From a virus (taxonomy: Duplodnaviria; Caudoviricetes), in the IMG/VR virus record IMGVR_UViG_3300028549_001530, positions 1 to 64,000 of that record: a DNA stretch of 64,000 nt. The stretch is one strand, 5' to 3'. Positions 10,116-20,015 of this stretch are shown one piece after another (the first letter of the stretch is position 1; each line of letters opens with the position of its first letter). The notes under the pieces are model-generated. The model searched no databases and was not told the origin of the DNA. It worked only from the letters and a program-made list of their open reading frames with translations. The position numbers and the translations under genes are program-made.

Positions 10116-10571
10116 ATGCTATCCATACTAAAAAGTCTATTTAATAGAAAAAAGAAAATAAAGAAGTTTAGTACAACTATGACTACAACGGAGTCTGGGG
10201 AAAATAGTAAGTCTAAACTAAATCCAGCCATATATTCTATTGTTTCTAAATTAGGAACAAGCTCACAACTTAGTAATGAAGATCTTAATCTACTTTTATC
10301 TTATTATTTTAAAACTCCACCTATTAAACCAGGTGTTTATAATTTAAACAAAGCAATAACTGATGGGTTTGTTTTTGAGATTATTAACATTAACACTATA
10401 CTTAATGACAATAAAGATGTTGATAATATCTATATAACTTTAAGAGAACTTACATATAATATGGAATTAGCTCTGTCTTTATCAGTAAATGAATTTCACG
10501 AAGTTTTAAAACCTATTAACTTCCAAAACCCCAAACCACCTAAAAGAAAGCCAACACAAAATGTTAACTAA
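10116..10571 (+). CDS. Hypothetical protein
   Basis: ORF with AAGGAG RBS. Confidence 0.65.
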   Translation: MLSILKSLFNRKKKIKKFSTTMTTTESGENSKSKLNPAIYSIVSKLGTSSQLSNEDLNLLLSYYFKTPPIKPGVYNLNKAITDGFVFEIININTILNDNKDVDNIYITLRELTYNMELALSLSVNEFHEVLKPINFQNPKPPKRKPTQNVN

Positions 10572-10989
10572 CGCAGCTCTTGTTTCACTCATTCAAGCTA
10601 ATCTCAACGACGATCGCATGCTATCGATTCAAATGTTTTTTACTAGACTAATCGATAGAAAAGTATTTGGGTCAGGAATAAAACAGTATCGTATTAAAAA
10701 TACAGTAACTAATAATTATATTACTAATTTAAATGAATTTATTGCGGCAATTAATCCATTGTATGTTAAACCAGATTACTATTATTATGCTTCGCAAACA
10801 GCTATAGGAGACACTATTCACCCAGCTATAGTTATTCTTAGTAATATGGTAGTTGAGTTAGATGGTTGTTCTGATGACGACGATATTTATACAACAAATG
10901 TAGGTTACGGTAATAAAACAATTGGTTTATTATTGTCTTATATGAATGAATCTGAATCTCTTAAAATAACAAACATTAAATTAATTTAG
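10561..10989 (+). CDS. Hypothetical protein
   Basis: ORF overlapping the upstream stop. Confidence 0.6.
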   Translation: MLTNAALVSLIQANLNDDRMLSIQMFFTRLIDRKVFGSGIKQYRIKNTVTNNYITNLNEFIAAINPLYVKPDYYYYASQTAIGDTIHPAIVILSNMVVELDGCSDDDDIYTTNVGYGNKTIGLLLSYMNESESLKITNIKLI

Positions 10990-10995
10990 TATTCT

Positions 10996-11340
10996 ATGCA
11001 AAAATTTAATTTAGTTGCCTTTATAAAAGATAAAAAGGGCAAGATACTGTCTGTAGGTAAAAATTCATACATAAAGACACACCCTATGATGTACAAAATA
11101 GCGCTTCATAACGGTAATCTTGATCCTAAAAAAATATACATCCACGCTGAAATAGATGCTATTATTAAATGCAGACACCTTGATACAGCATATAGTTTAG
11201 AGGTTTATCGGGTTAGTAAATCTGGTAAATATTTAAACTCTAAGCCATGTCCTATTTGTATGTCAGGTATTAAAAATACATGTATTAAGAAAATTGGCTA
11301 CATTGACATAAATGGTCAGTACGTTGAAACTTTTCTTTAG
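10996..11340 (+). CDS. Zn-dependent cytidine/dCMP deaminase-like protein
   Basis: HAE (IHAEIDA) and PCxxC (KPCPIC) motifs. Confidence 0.8.
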   Translation: MQKFNLVAFIKDKKGKILSVGKNSYIKTHPMMYKIALHNGNLDPKKIYIHAEIDAIIKCRHLDTAYSLEVYRVSKSGKYLNSKPCPICMSGIKNTCIKKIGYIDINGQYVETFL

Positions 11341-11421
11341 CTAAAAGCTACCAGGACTAAACCCTGGTAGCTTTTTTCTTCTTCAAGCTAAATTCATTGA
11401 GTGTTTTAAAAAGGATTGTCT

Positions 11422-11805
11422 ATGTCAACTCTCACCATTAATAAGTATTATAACTTTTCTGTTTATGCTAATTCTATTTTAGGTACAACTTATAACAATG
11501 CTAAGTTAATTTCTATTTTAGATTACCATACGGCATTAAAGTTTGGTAATATTGAACTTATCCATAAACAAGTATTACCCTATCTTCCAACAGGTACTCC
11601 TACAGACAACACAAAATATACTTATTACTTATTTACTTATAAAGGTAAATCCGTAGTCTTAGCTGATGTATGGATACTAGACTCAAGTGTTGTAGAAACA
11701 CTTGGACTTAACTACACTATCAGACTCAATAATATCTCAAATTCACAATACATTATTATAAAAAATCAACTAAGACTGCTAGGGATTAGTTTCGACACTC
11801 TCTAG
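11422..11805 (+). CDS. Conserved jumbo-phage hypothetical protein (possibly structural)
   Basis: AAGGA RBS before ATG 11422. Confidence 0.6.
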   Translation: MSTLTINKYYNFSVYANSILGTTYNNAKLISILDYHTALKFGNIELIHKQVLPYLPTGTPTDNTKYTYYLFTYKGKSVVLADVWILDSSVVETLGLNYTIRLNNISNSQYIIIKNQLRLLGISFDTL

Positions 11806-11833
11806 AATTGTTTGAAACATAGGAGATATTTAT

Positions 11834-12391
11834 ATGTACAGTGACGAGAGTTTAGCAAGTTATCAAGTCGACGAAAGATCTAATACCAGATTACTATATA
11901 TTGATAAGTCTAATTACAATGCTTTAATGGATAAATCGTTCGATATTAATAGTGTCGCAGAATTATTAGAAAAACCTAATGATAAAGTATCCTTACTCAC
12001 AAGAGCTTATCTTGTGTATATGAATGAAAAGATTAATAAAGTTTTACTTAATACCAATGGTAGAATTCATAATTTTGAAACTATTGGTATCGAAAGAAAT
12101 AAACTTGACATGAGATACGTTGTAGACACTTTTAAAGAGAAAATGAGTTCAGGGTATCAATATGAAAAATACTATGAATTGAAGCTATTAGCAAATCGTG
12201 ATATTCTTGTCGTTGTTTGTGATGGTTTCTTAAATAACATAACTGAGTCTAAGGATAATTTATTAAAATTTATTCTAGAGTGTCTTAGTTATACCTATAA
12301 ATTAAACTATAGAATATATGGTCTTTATAACCTATATATTAAAATGAAACTTAATAATAACTATATAGACATGCTTAAGCTTCGTTCTTAA
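11834..12391 (+). CDS. Hypothetical protein
   Basis: AGGAG RBS, 185 aa. Confidence 0.6.
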   Translation: MYSDESLASYQVDERSNTRLLYIDKSNYNALMDKSFDINSVAELLEKPNDKVSLLTRAYLVYMNEKINKVLLNTNGRIHNFETIGIERNKLDMRYVVDTFKEKMSSGYQYEKYYELKLLANRDILVVVCDGFLNNITESKDNLLKFILECLSYTYKLNYRIYGLYNLYIKMKLNNNYIDMLKLRS

Positions 12392-12449
12392 GATATATAG
12401 TATAGCGTTTTCTTTTCCCAGTCTTTTCTTTTTTATTTAGGAGTTAACT

Positions 12450-14612
12450 ATGTCAGTTGAAAAAATTCTAGCTGGTCGTAAATCAGCTGTGTACGATCCC
12501 ATTGGTTCTCTGTCTGAGAAGATCAGTCAAATTTCCAGCTCACGCTCATTTAACGATGAGAAAATTGCACAGTATTCTGTGTCTACTGAAGCTTTAGGTT
12601 CTAATGAAGAACAAGTGCTCACCAATGTTTATAACAACATTGAAGCCACCATTAAGACTATTACTAAAGATTTCGGTCTAGCTACTGAAGCTTATCAGTT
12701 AGAAGCAGCTACCATTGGCGGTATGTTTGCTACTAACCCTAAGCTCGTTATGGGTACCAAACCCCGTAGTCTGAGTGCAGATATGGTTTTGATGGCTCCT
12801 AACGTAGCTGATGGTTACATGGAACGTCCCATGATCTCCACAGAAGCTTACGATGAGCGTGATAACCGCAACGCACAACTGTACACCATCGTATATAACT
12901 TGCTGGCTTCTCGTCAAGATGATTTCGGCGAAACTTTCTTCCCAACTATTGTTGTGAACCCCAACGAAGTTGGTATTACTTTAAGTGTTAAACTGTTCTA
13001 CGTCTACAATGACTTCAAACGCTCAGTGACTGGTTCTATCGCTAATTACGGTCGCAAGAACGTTATTCGTGCTTACGCTGACTCTGAAATTCTGAAAAAT
13101 GAATTGACACGTGCTATTCCAGTTCTACGTACTGGTGGTGCTGATGATAATACAGCAGCTTTCGTTCCTGTTGCTAACATTCCTGCTTGGTCAGTTGCTG
13201 TTGGTACAGGTATCACAGTTCCAACTGGTGCTGTTAAGGTTGACACCACTATCGATCTGATTGGTATTTCACAAACTAACGAACTGCTAAATAGCGGTAT
13301 CATGGGACCATCAGACACGCTTGATACTTACCTGAAATTGGAAAGCATCTTTGTGAAGTTTACTGATGGCACCAACACTGACTTTGCTAAGATTGATACT
13401 AGCAACATTCCTGGTGCTACTTTCACATATGCTCCTCAGAGCAACTATCGCCGCATGATCTTGACTCTAGACACTGACGGTCTAGTAATGGATTCAGCAG
13501 CTACTAACGTCGCTGGTGTTGCACTGTCTGCTAGCTCACTATCTGAACTCGCTGGTAACAAAGCACGTATTCAGCTGAACATTAACGGCAGCGTTGTTCT
13601 TGATAAGGGTAATTGCGTTGTTAACCGTGGTTCACTGTCACTGGTTGCTGTTCGTAATGCAGCTAACGCTTTGGTTTCTGGTGCTGCATTTACTGCTCTG
13701 GCTACTAAGTTTGCCACAGCTGAAGTTGTGGGTTACACCATGACCGCATACCGTGCTAATAGTAACTTGCGTCAGCGTGGTCAACTACTTGATTCTCAAG
13801 TAGAATATCGTGTTGTACCAGTGCCATATCGCTCACCATTGGCTATCATTATGCCAACAATGAATTCTGGTAACGATGACAATTCAGCACTACAAATTCT
13901 GATTACCACTACAGGTATTCGTGTAAGTAATGAAGCAGTGTCAAGCCTACTAAAAGCTCAAACTTCATTGGCTTCATACAGCGCAGTTGCTACAGATAAT
14001 GGTGATCTACCAGAAATGTCTGCTATTGGTAGCTTCTATATCAAACCAACTTACTTCACTGAGTCTATTGATCTGGCTTTGACCGTAGACAGTCTGAAGT
14101 CTCATGAGAAGATTAAAGACATTCGTGCAGCTATTGTTGAGAAGATTCGTTACTATGCTAACGCTATGTATCGTGACTCTGAATACAAAGCAGCTGCTGC
14201 TGTTCTAACTGGTAACACCGGTTTCAAACCAACTATCATTGTTGGTACTGATCCAGTTATCTATAACTACATCATGGTTGAAGGTGACCTTCGTACCCTT
14301 GGTGAAACATTTGATGTGAAAGTTGTCTCCAGCTTGGATATCCGTGTCTCTGGTAAGATCTTTATCAGCTTCGGTGTTTTCGATGCTTCACGCAACACTT
14401 CCATTAACCCACTAAGCTTTGGTAACATGCTGTGGTCTCCTGAAATGACCGTGGTAATGAATATTGCTCGTGACGGCGCTACCGTCAAGGAACTCGTCGT
14501 GGCTCCTCGCTTCTTGCACAATGTTAACCTGCCTATCATGACTGTTCTGAACGTCTCTGGCATCCCGGATGTTACTAACAAAGTGTCTGTTAACCTACAC
14601 ACTGTTCCTTAA
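12450..14612 (+). CDS. Major capsid protein (phiKZ gp120-like)
   Basis: 720 aa, N-terminal propeptide with TEA/LEA-type cleavage motifs, EAYDERD and RQDDFGETFFPT segments, strongly biased high-expression codons, synteny with RNAP subunit and portal. Confidence 0.85.
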   Translation: MSVEKILAGRKSAVYDPIGSLSEKISQISSSRSFNDEKIAQYSVSTEALGSNEEQVLTNVYNNIEATIKTITKDFGLATEAYQLEAATIGGMFATNPKLVMGTKPRSLSADMVLMAPNVADGYMERPMISTEAYDERDNRNAQLYTIVYNLLASRQDDFGETFFPTIVVNPNEVGITLSVKLFYVYNDFKRSVTGSIANYGRKNVIRAYADSEILKNELTRAIPVLRTGGADDNTAAFVPVANIPAWSVAVGTGITVPTGAVKVDTTIDLIGISQTNELLNSGIMGPSDTLDTYLKLESIFVKFTDGTNTDFAKIDTSNIPGATFTYAPQSNYRRMILTLDTDGLVMDSAATNVAGVALSASSLSELAGNKARIQLNINGSVVLDKGNCVVNRGSLSLVAVRNAANALVSGAAFTALATKFATAEVVGYTMTAYRANSNLRQRGQLLDSQVEYRVVPVPYRSPLAIIMPTMNSGNDDNSALQILITTTGIRVSNEAVSSLLKAQTSLASYSAVATDNGDLPEMSAIGSFYIKPTYFTESIDLALTVDSLKSHEKIKDIRAAIVEKIRYYANAMYRDSEYKAAAAVLTGNTGFKPTIIVGTDPVIYNYIMVEGDLRTLGETFDVKVVSSLDIRVSGKIFISFGVFDASRNTSINPLSFGNMLWSPEMTVVMNIARDGATVKELVVAPRFLHNVNLPIMTVLNVSGIPDVTNKVSVNLHTVP

Positions 14613-14638
14613 TCACATCAAGATTAAAATGAACTAAA

Positions 14639-14673
14639 AGCAACCCACCTAGTCAAAAGCTAGGTGGGTTGCT
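14639..14673 (+). terminator. Hairpin terminator after MCP
   Basis: agcaacccacctag-tcaaaag-ctaggtgggttgct. Confidence 0.75.
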
Positions 14674-14716
14674 ATTTGTCTATTAAATTTTAGGTATTTC
14701 TGAATGTATGTCAACT

Positions 14717-14735
14717 ACATATATACTAATTGTAA
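14717..14735 (+). promoter_or_regulatory. Phage early-type promoter motif
   Basis: ACATATATACTAATTGTAA. Confidence 0.75.
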
Positions 14736-14783
14736 GCTAACAAAACTTTTTGTTAGATCTAATATATTCTACTGGAGATTTTT

Positions 14784-16214
14784 ATGGAAATAACAAGTAT
14801 AGACATTACACCAAAACCTGTAGCTATCTATTTTGATAGTAATAACTGCATTAATCAAAAGTTTAATAATGCTAATCTTAATAAAATAAGATCACAAGCA
14901 AGTGAACTTACTAATAAGTATTTACCTATTCTTAACATACTTGATATCAGAGACGATAAATTAACGTTTCAAAATCAAGATATAGTTAATGAAAAATACG
15001 TTACTAGTTCTGAACAGTACGTTCATAAAGGTAACCAATTAGGTTGTACAGCTTCAGACCTTATATTAAACACACCAGAGTTTTTATATAATTTATCTGA
15101 CACAGCTGTAACAGTTAGAGGTAGAAGTAATATTCCTAAATACTTTCTACCTAACGTTAACCCAGTTATACAACAAACTCATAAAGGCTTTTTACTGTTT
15201 TTTAGAGTTTTTTATCTAAACTCTATTGACTTTATTCATAGAAATACTGGTGTTGAAAACTATTTAAAGGATTTGAATGAACAAGCCAAAACAAAAAATA
15301 ACGCTAAGTTACAAGAATTAATAGATGTTACTCAATATGTTATTGATTTTATAGAAAGTCAGGACACAGACTTTACAACAGTTTCAGCATCGTCTACAAT
15401 TAAAGTGGTAACTGTAGCTGCTGTGTCTATGGATAAATTAAAAGGTGTTAAACAAAGCAACGGTGAATTGTGTAAAAACTTCATTATAGATAACAGAGAT
15501 TTAGTCTTAACAATAGGTAGTTATAAAGATGTACCAGATCACCAAGGACTTAATATAAACTATCAAGTAAGTGCAGAGATGTCTGATAAATATAAAGCAG
15601 GTATTATTAAAATCTTTATTGTTGATAAAAAACCTCTTTTATCAGCAAGATATATATCCTTAGCTGGTAAGGTTATTGAAATCCCTAAGATTAAAAATAC
15701 AGAGCTTAGAGATGGTCTTTATCTTTTATCATCTGATGCTAGAGGTAATATTCATGACAATCAGTATATATCTGATAACTGCTATGTCTCAACACTTGAA
15801 GATATCAATAACGTTAAATATATTTATGATAATCACGAAGCTGCTTTAAAGGGTGCTGATAGAATTAAAGAGTACAACGATCAACTTTATATACAAAAAA
15901 CAGAAGTTGATATTTTATTAAATAAATCAAGGCTAGAGTATGATCAAAAAGATAAAGAACAAAAACTTAATTTTGATAAACAAGCACATGAAGCAAAGAT
16001 ATTTCATGAAAAAGAAATAGCGACATTAAAGGCTGAATATGAATCTTCTTCTTATAAAAGAAAAGATGTTTATGAGAGTAGAGGGTATGATCGTAAAGAT
16101 TATTATGAAACAAGAAGGTATGAAAGAGACGATACAATTGAAAAAATTAAAACTGTTGGTGCCATTGCTGGTTTAGTAGCTGGTGGTTATGTTTTGTTTA
16201 AGAAGTTTGGCTAA
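14784..16214 (+). CDS. Conserved jumbo-phage protein with C-terminal coiled coil and hydrophobic tail
   Basis: YERKD-like repeats, then GAIAGLVAGGYVLFKKFG. Confidence 0.6.
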   Translation: MEITSIDITPKPVAIYFDSNNCINQKFNNANLNKIRSQASELTNKYLPILNILDIRDDKLTFQNQDIVNEKYVTSSEQYVHKGNQLGCTASDLILNTPEFLYNLSDTAVTVRGRSNIPKYFLPNVNPVIQQTHKGFLLFFRVFYLNSIDFIHRNTGVENYLKDLNEQAKTKNNAKLQELIDVTQYVIDFIESQDTDFTTVSASSTIKVVTVAAVSMDKLKGVKQSNGELCKNFIIDNRDLVLTIGSYKDVPDHQGLNINYQVSAEMSDKYKAGIIKIFIVDKKPLLSARYISLAGKVIEIPKIKNTELRDGLYLLSSDARGNIHDNQYISDNCYVSTLEDINNVKYIYDNHEAALKGADRIKEYNDQLYIQKTEVDILLNKSRLEYDQKDKEQKLNFDKQAHEAKIFHEKEIATLKAEYESSSYKRKDVYESRGYDRKDYYETRRYERDDTIEKIKTVGAIAGLVAGGYVLFKKFG

Positions 16215-16302
16215 TACACTAAGGTCTGTGGTAAGCAGACCTTAGTGGTTAACTTTTTTAATATTCTTGGAATGTTTTGCACTACCAAAAAGGATGTTAT
16301 CT

Positions 16303-18018
16303 ATGCGAAGTTTAGGTAAATTTATAGCTGACCGCACACCTAAGTTTAATAAACTTATGGTGGAAGGTATGGCGTATCACCGAATCAATAAAGCAATTGA
16401 ATACTTAGATAATTTCATTAAGTACAGTTGTAGTAGCAAGACTAACACTCATTTAGAGTACTTAGGATACAGAGAGTTACCACCTAAAGAAGAAATCAAG
16501 TTTCTTTTTAATAAGACAAGTAAAGTCGTATACGATATTGCTGATAACGATATATATCTTGTAGAGTTTAACTTCAAGTATGGTGATGAGGAACTTCCTC
16601 GTAAATACTTCTTCTATGTACCTTTCCTTAGCAAAGGCAATGTGATGCATATGAGTGGAAATAAGTTTTTAATTCTTCCTGTGCTCTCTGATAAGGTTGT
16701 TAGTATTGGTGACAAAATTATTTTTATTAATATCTTAACAGCTAAATACAGTTTTAGTCGAAGTTACTTTAGTGTAGTAGTAGATAACACATTTCACCGT
16801 GTACCTATTGTTAACACTGAGTTATATAAAAATCAAGCCAAAAAACTTGAAGACACTACTAAAGCTTATACGACAGTGATGCATTATCTTCTTGCCAACT
16901 ATGGTTATGATAAAACCATGATGATGCTTCTTGGGTTTATTCCTAAAGCAGTATATGACTACAGTGGAAATGATAAGGTGGTGATTAGTTCAACAGGTAA
17001 TCCTCCTCATGGGTATATTAGGAATAAAACTATATACACACCCACTAATATTAAGTTTGTTGTTGAGCCTGAACAATATAACGAAGAAACTCTTTATTGC
17101 ATTGGTAACATATTCTATATCATTGATAATTTTCCTGATAGTGTTACAATTGATGAACTCAATAATCACACTTTATGGAAAAGACTCTTAGGTGAAATTA
17201 TCCACTCTGGTAATCACGGTCTAGCTTATATTACAGAGAAAATAAGTGCTCACTTTAATGACTTAAATAGTAATTTTGATACAATTACTACTAATAAGTT
17301 AAAAGACATTGATATTAACTGTCATAGTTTAATTCAACTGTTGGTGGTGATATTTAAACAGTTTAACAACTGGATCATGAATGCTGAGGTTAGAAGTTTG
17401 TATCATAACAAGAGTTATGAAGTAGAATCATTTATGTTGTCCCATTTGACATCTCGACTTACAAGAATTGTGCTTGATATCAATAAAGAAGAGTTGAGAA
17501 TCGGTGGAGGTAAATTAGAGAGTAAAGTGGTTGATAACATCTTTAAGAAGTACTTTGTAACAAGAGCTATTTTCTCTCTTAAGAAAGACAAGTTATATGT
17601 AACAAGTATTGAGTACTGTGGCGACCATTTGTATTCTAAGAATACTTCTATGATTGTTCAACAGGAATCAGACTTTGTTAACGTTGCAGCTAATGACACC
17701 AACACTTCAGAAAGAAAGAAAGTTGTAGGTAGCATGGCTACAATAGGTAGCTTGTTAGGTCTTAGTAAAAAGAATCCAACACCCTTGATTAGACTTAACC
17801 CGTATGTTACAGTAGACTTTAAAACTGGAACTATTTTACCTAATCCACTTTATAATGACATTGTAGAAAACACTGATAAACTTTTATCTAACATAGTTCT
17901 TAGTGACTCTGTTATAGATAATGATGAGTATGTCTCTGATATATCTGACGATTCTTTTGATGAAACGGATATGGACGAGATGGATATGGATGTAGTCGAC
18001 CATATCGAAGAAGATTAA
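16303..18018 (+). CDS. Non-virion RNA polymerase beta-like subunit (phiKZ gp123-like)
   Basis: Beta N-terminal-like segment (YVPFLSKGNVMHMSGNKFLILPVLSD), acidic tail and synteny downstream of MCP; start moved to the RBS-supported ATG 16303. Confidence 0.7.
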   Translation: MRSLGKFIADRTPKFNKLMVEGMAYHRINKAIEYLDNFIKYSCSSKTNTHLEYLGYRELPPKEEIKFLFNKTSKVVYDIADNDIYLVEFNFKYGDEELPRKYFFYVPFLSKGNVMHMSGNKFLILPVLSDKVVSIGDKIIFINILTAKYSFSRSYFSVVVDNTFHRVPIVNTELYKNQAKKLEDTTKAYTTVMHYLLANYGYDKTMMMLLGFIPKAVYDYSGNDKVVISSTGNPPHGYIRNKTIYTPTNIKFVVEPEQYNEETLYCIGNIFYIIDNFPDSVTIDELNNHTLWKRLLGEIIHSGNHGLAYITEKISAHFNDLNSNFDTITTNKLKDIDINCHSLIQLLVVIFKQFNNWIMNAEVRSLYHNKSYEVESFMLSHLTSRLTRIVLDINKEELRIGGGKLESKVVDNIFKKYFVTRAIFSLKKDKLYVTSIEYCGDHLYSKNTSMIVQQESDFVNVAANDTNTSERKKVVGSMATIGSLLGLSKKNPTPLIRLNPYVTVDFKTGTILPNPLYNDIVENTDKLLSNIVLSDSVIDNDEYVSDISDDSFDETDMDEMDMDVVDHIEED

Positions 18019-18041
18019 CTTAACCCAAAGGAGCTTTTTAA

Positions 18042-19340
18042 ATGACCAACTTCATGAATCCACACCCAATGCGCCCACAAATGCCTATGAATATGCCACA
18101 GCGTCAACCTATGCAGCAGCAACCGTTTTACTATGATCAGTATGGTCGTGTTATTCAACAACCGATGCAGCAGCAACCTATGATGATGCAGCAACCAATG
18201 TATGCTAATCAGCAGCCTATGCAACAGATGTATCCTAATCAGCAGGGTATGCAGCAACCAATGATGCAGCAGCCTCAGGTTATGGTGGATCAGTATGGTC
18301 GTGTTATACCTATGCCGATGCAGCCAGGCATGGTTAACACTAATCAGCAATACATACCTAATCTACCACCACAACCTAATCGATTTGGGGATCCTTCTGT
18401 TACAACTAGGTTAACCTCTTCTACAGTCATTCAAGAAGATACCAGTAATCGCTATCAAACCCCACAACCTCAACCTGTCGAGAATAAACAAATGATTACA
18501 CTTCCTACACAAGCTTCTGATTTTACTGTTAAAGCAACGAGAGCACCTCTGTCTGTTTTAAACGATACGGTTACAGTTATAACAACAACTGAAGCTATTC
18601 GCCAAGAACAGTTAGTTATTCTTAACTTACCTGTATTAGCATATTCTTTCTCAGATGCGATTGAAAACATTATTGAGCATGTTTATACAGATGAAGATAA
18701 ATCAGCAATTAAAGCACAAACTGCTATCGTTTGTACTAATTATTATAACTGCACTGTGCAAGAAACTATCACAGAGTTTTTTGATATGAACATTAAGTCT
18801 TTCTATAAGGATTTTAAATCAGCTTATGCTGCTCTTAAGAATAAATACGACATCAATCTTTTTAACGATATTGATAAAATTATTACAAACCGTATTAACG
18901 ATTTCCTTGCAATCAATGTTAATAAAGAACTTAACATTGAGTCTTTTTCAACAGACTTTAATGAATTACTTAAACATCTACGTAACACAACAGAAACAGT
19001 CGAAGATGACTTGTGCAACCATATGGATAGTTATCTAAATTTACTTAATGAAAATAATAAACAAAAAATAGAAGGAGCTACTCCTAATTGTATCTCAATC
19101 ATACAAGAGCATAGCTTAGTCTACTTAGATAAATTAGAAGTAGAACTAGGTTTAACTGATGTAGATAGTTACACATTGAAGTTGTCTAATAGTCCTGTTA
19201 ATAATTTCATTAGGAGTTTAGCTGACTGTGCGTTTAACTCGTTCGAGCGCAATCGTTTTAATGTGATTACTGTAGACCGTAAAGTGTTTGAATTTATCTC
19301 TAATATAGAAGGTGATATTTTTATCACTAGGTTAGTTTAA
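18042..19340 (+). CDS. Hypothetical protein with Q/P/M-rich low-complexity N-terminus
   Basis: First ~110 aa are QQPMQQ-type repeats; AAGGAG RBS. Confidence 0.75.
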   Translation: MTNFMNPHPMRPQMPMNMPQRQPMQQQPFYYDQYGRVIQQPMQQQPMMMQQPMYANQQPMQQMYPNQQGMQQPMMQQPQVMVDQYGRVIPMPMQPGMVNTNQQYIPNLPPQPNRFGDPSVTTRLTSSTVIQEDTSNRYQTPQPQPVENKQMITLPTQASDFTVKATRAPLSVLNDTVTVITTTEAIRQEQLVILNLPVLAYSFSDAIENIIEHVYTDEDKSAIKAQTAIVCTNYYNCTVQETITEFFDMNIKSFYKDFKSAYAALKNKYDINLFNDIDKIITNRINDFLAINVNKELNIESFSTDFNELLKHLRNTTETVEDDLCNHMDSYLNLLNENNKQKIEGATPNCISIIQEHSLVYLDKLEVELGLTDVDSYTLKLSNSPVNNFIRSLADCAFNSFERNRFNVITVDRKVFEFISNIEGDIFITRLV

Positions 19341-19349
19341 TCAGATTCA

Positions 19350-19390
19350 GAAAAACCCTACCAAGCCTTTAACAGCTTGGTAGGGTTTTC
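19350..19390. terminator. Bidirectional terminator between convergent genes
   Basis: gaaaaaccctaccaagc-ctttaaca-gcttggtagggttttc. Confidence 0.75.
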
Positions 19391-19399
19391 TTTTTTGGT

Positions 19400-19795
19400 T
19401 TAGAGCTCTAAACTAAGATCGTCGTCTGTTGGCTCAGCATCTCCTTCTTCTTCACCTGACGACTCTGAAGAATTGTTGCTTGAAATGTCTGTAGAACCTT
19501 CACCGGTGACATTCTCTAAGTCTTTATTAACAGCAAGTTTAAACTTCTGCATAATGTTTAAAAGCTTATTGCTATTACGCATTGTGGATGTTAAGTGGTC
19601 ACTCACCATATCTAACATGTTGTCAACTTCATCCTTGTTGTTGTTACCAAATTCTAATACCTCAGAGTAATAGTTATTGGCACTACACCATTTTCTAAGA
19701 AGGAAGTTCTTATAGATAGCTTTAATTGTGTCAATCTGAGCTGACAATTCTCCTGAAATGGAGTCACTAAATATTTCTGGTGATATGGTGTGTTC
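19400..19795 (-). pseudogene. Orphan diverged copy of the portal C-terminus (~130 codons, no clear start)
   Basis: HTISPEIFSDSISGELSAQIDTIKAIYKNFLLRKWCSANNYYSE...DDDLSLEL aligns with portal STLSNEALALMSNESGYSIDDVKNVYRGYLLRKWCTDNNYFTE...EDDLNLNF. Confidence 0.85.
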
Positions 19796-20015
19796 AATAA
19801 CTAATACTTTGATATACTTGGTATATCTATTGTTAATAACCTTTAGACAGAAAGAAATTTATGCAAACAAAACACACCACCAATGTCTCCAATGAGAAAC
19901 CCAAACTTATATATGGTGGTAAATATGACTATATTAAGGTAAACTATAAAAAGTTGCGTAATCATGACGATAACAGTTCTAAACAAAAAGTAAACTTACA
20001 TGTAGAAACAACTTT

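Noticed and set aside
5490-11405. Possible middle/late promoter motif (AAATTC..TGA) before structural genes
   Set aside because: Too degenerate in an AT-rich background to support by eye.
18015-18350. His/Leu-rich antisense ORF
   Set aside because: Reverse complement of the CAG/ATG repeats of the Q/M-rich domain.
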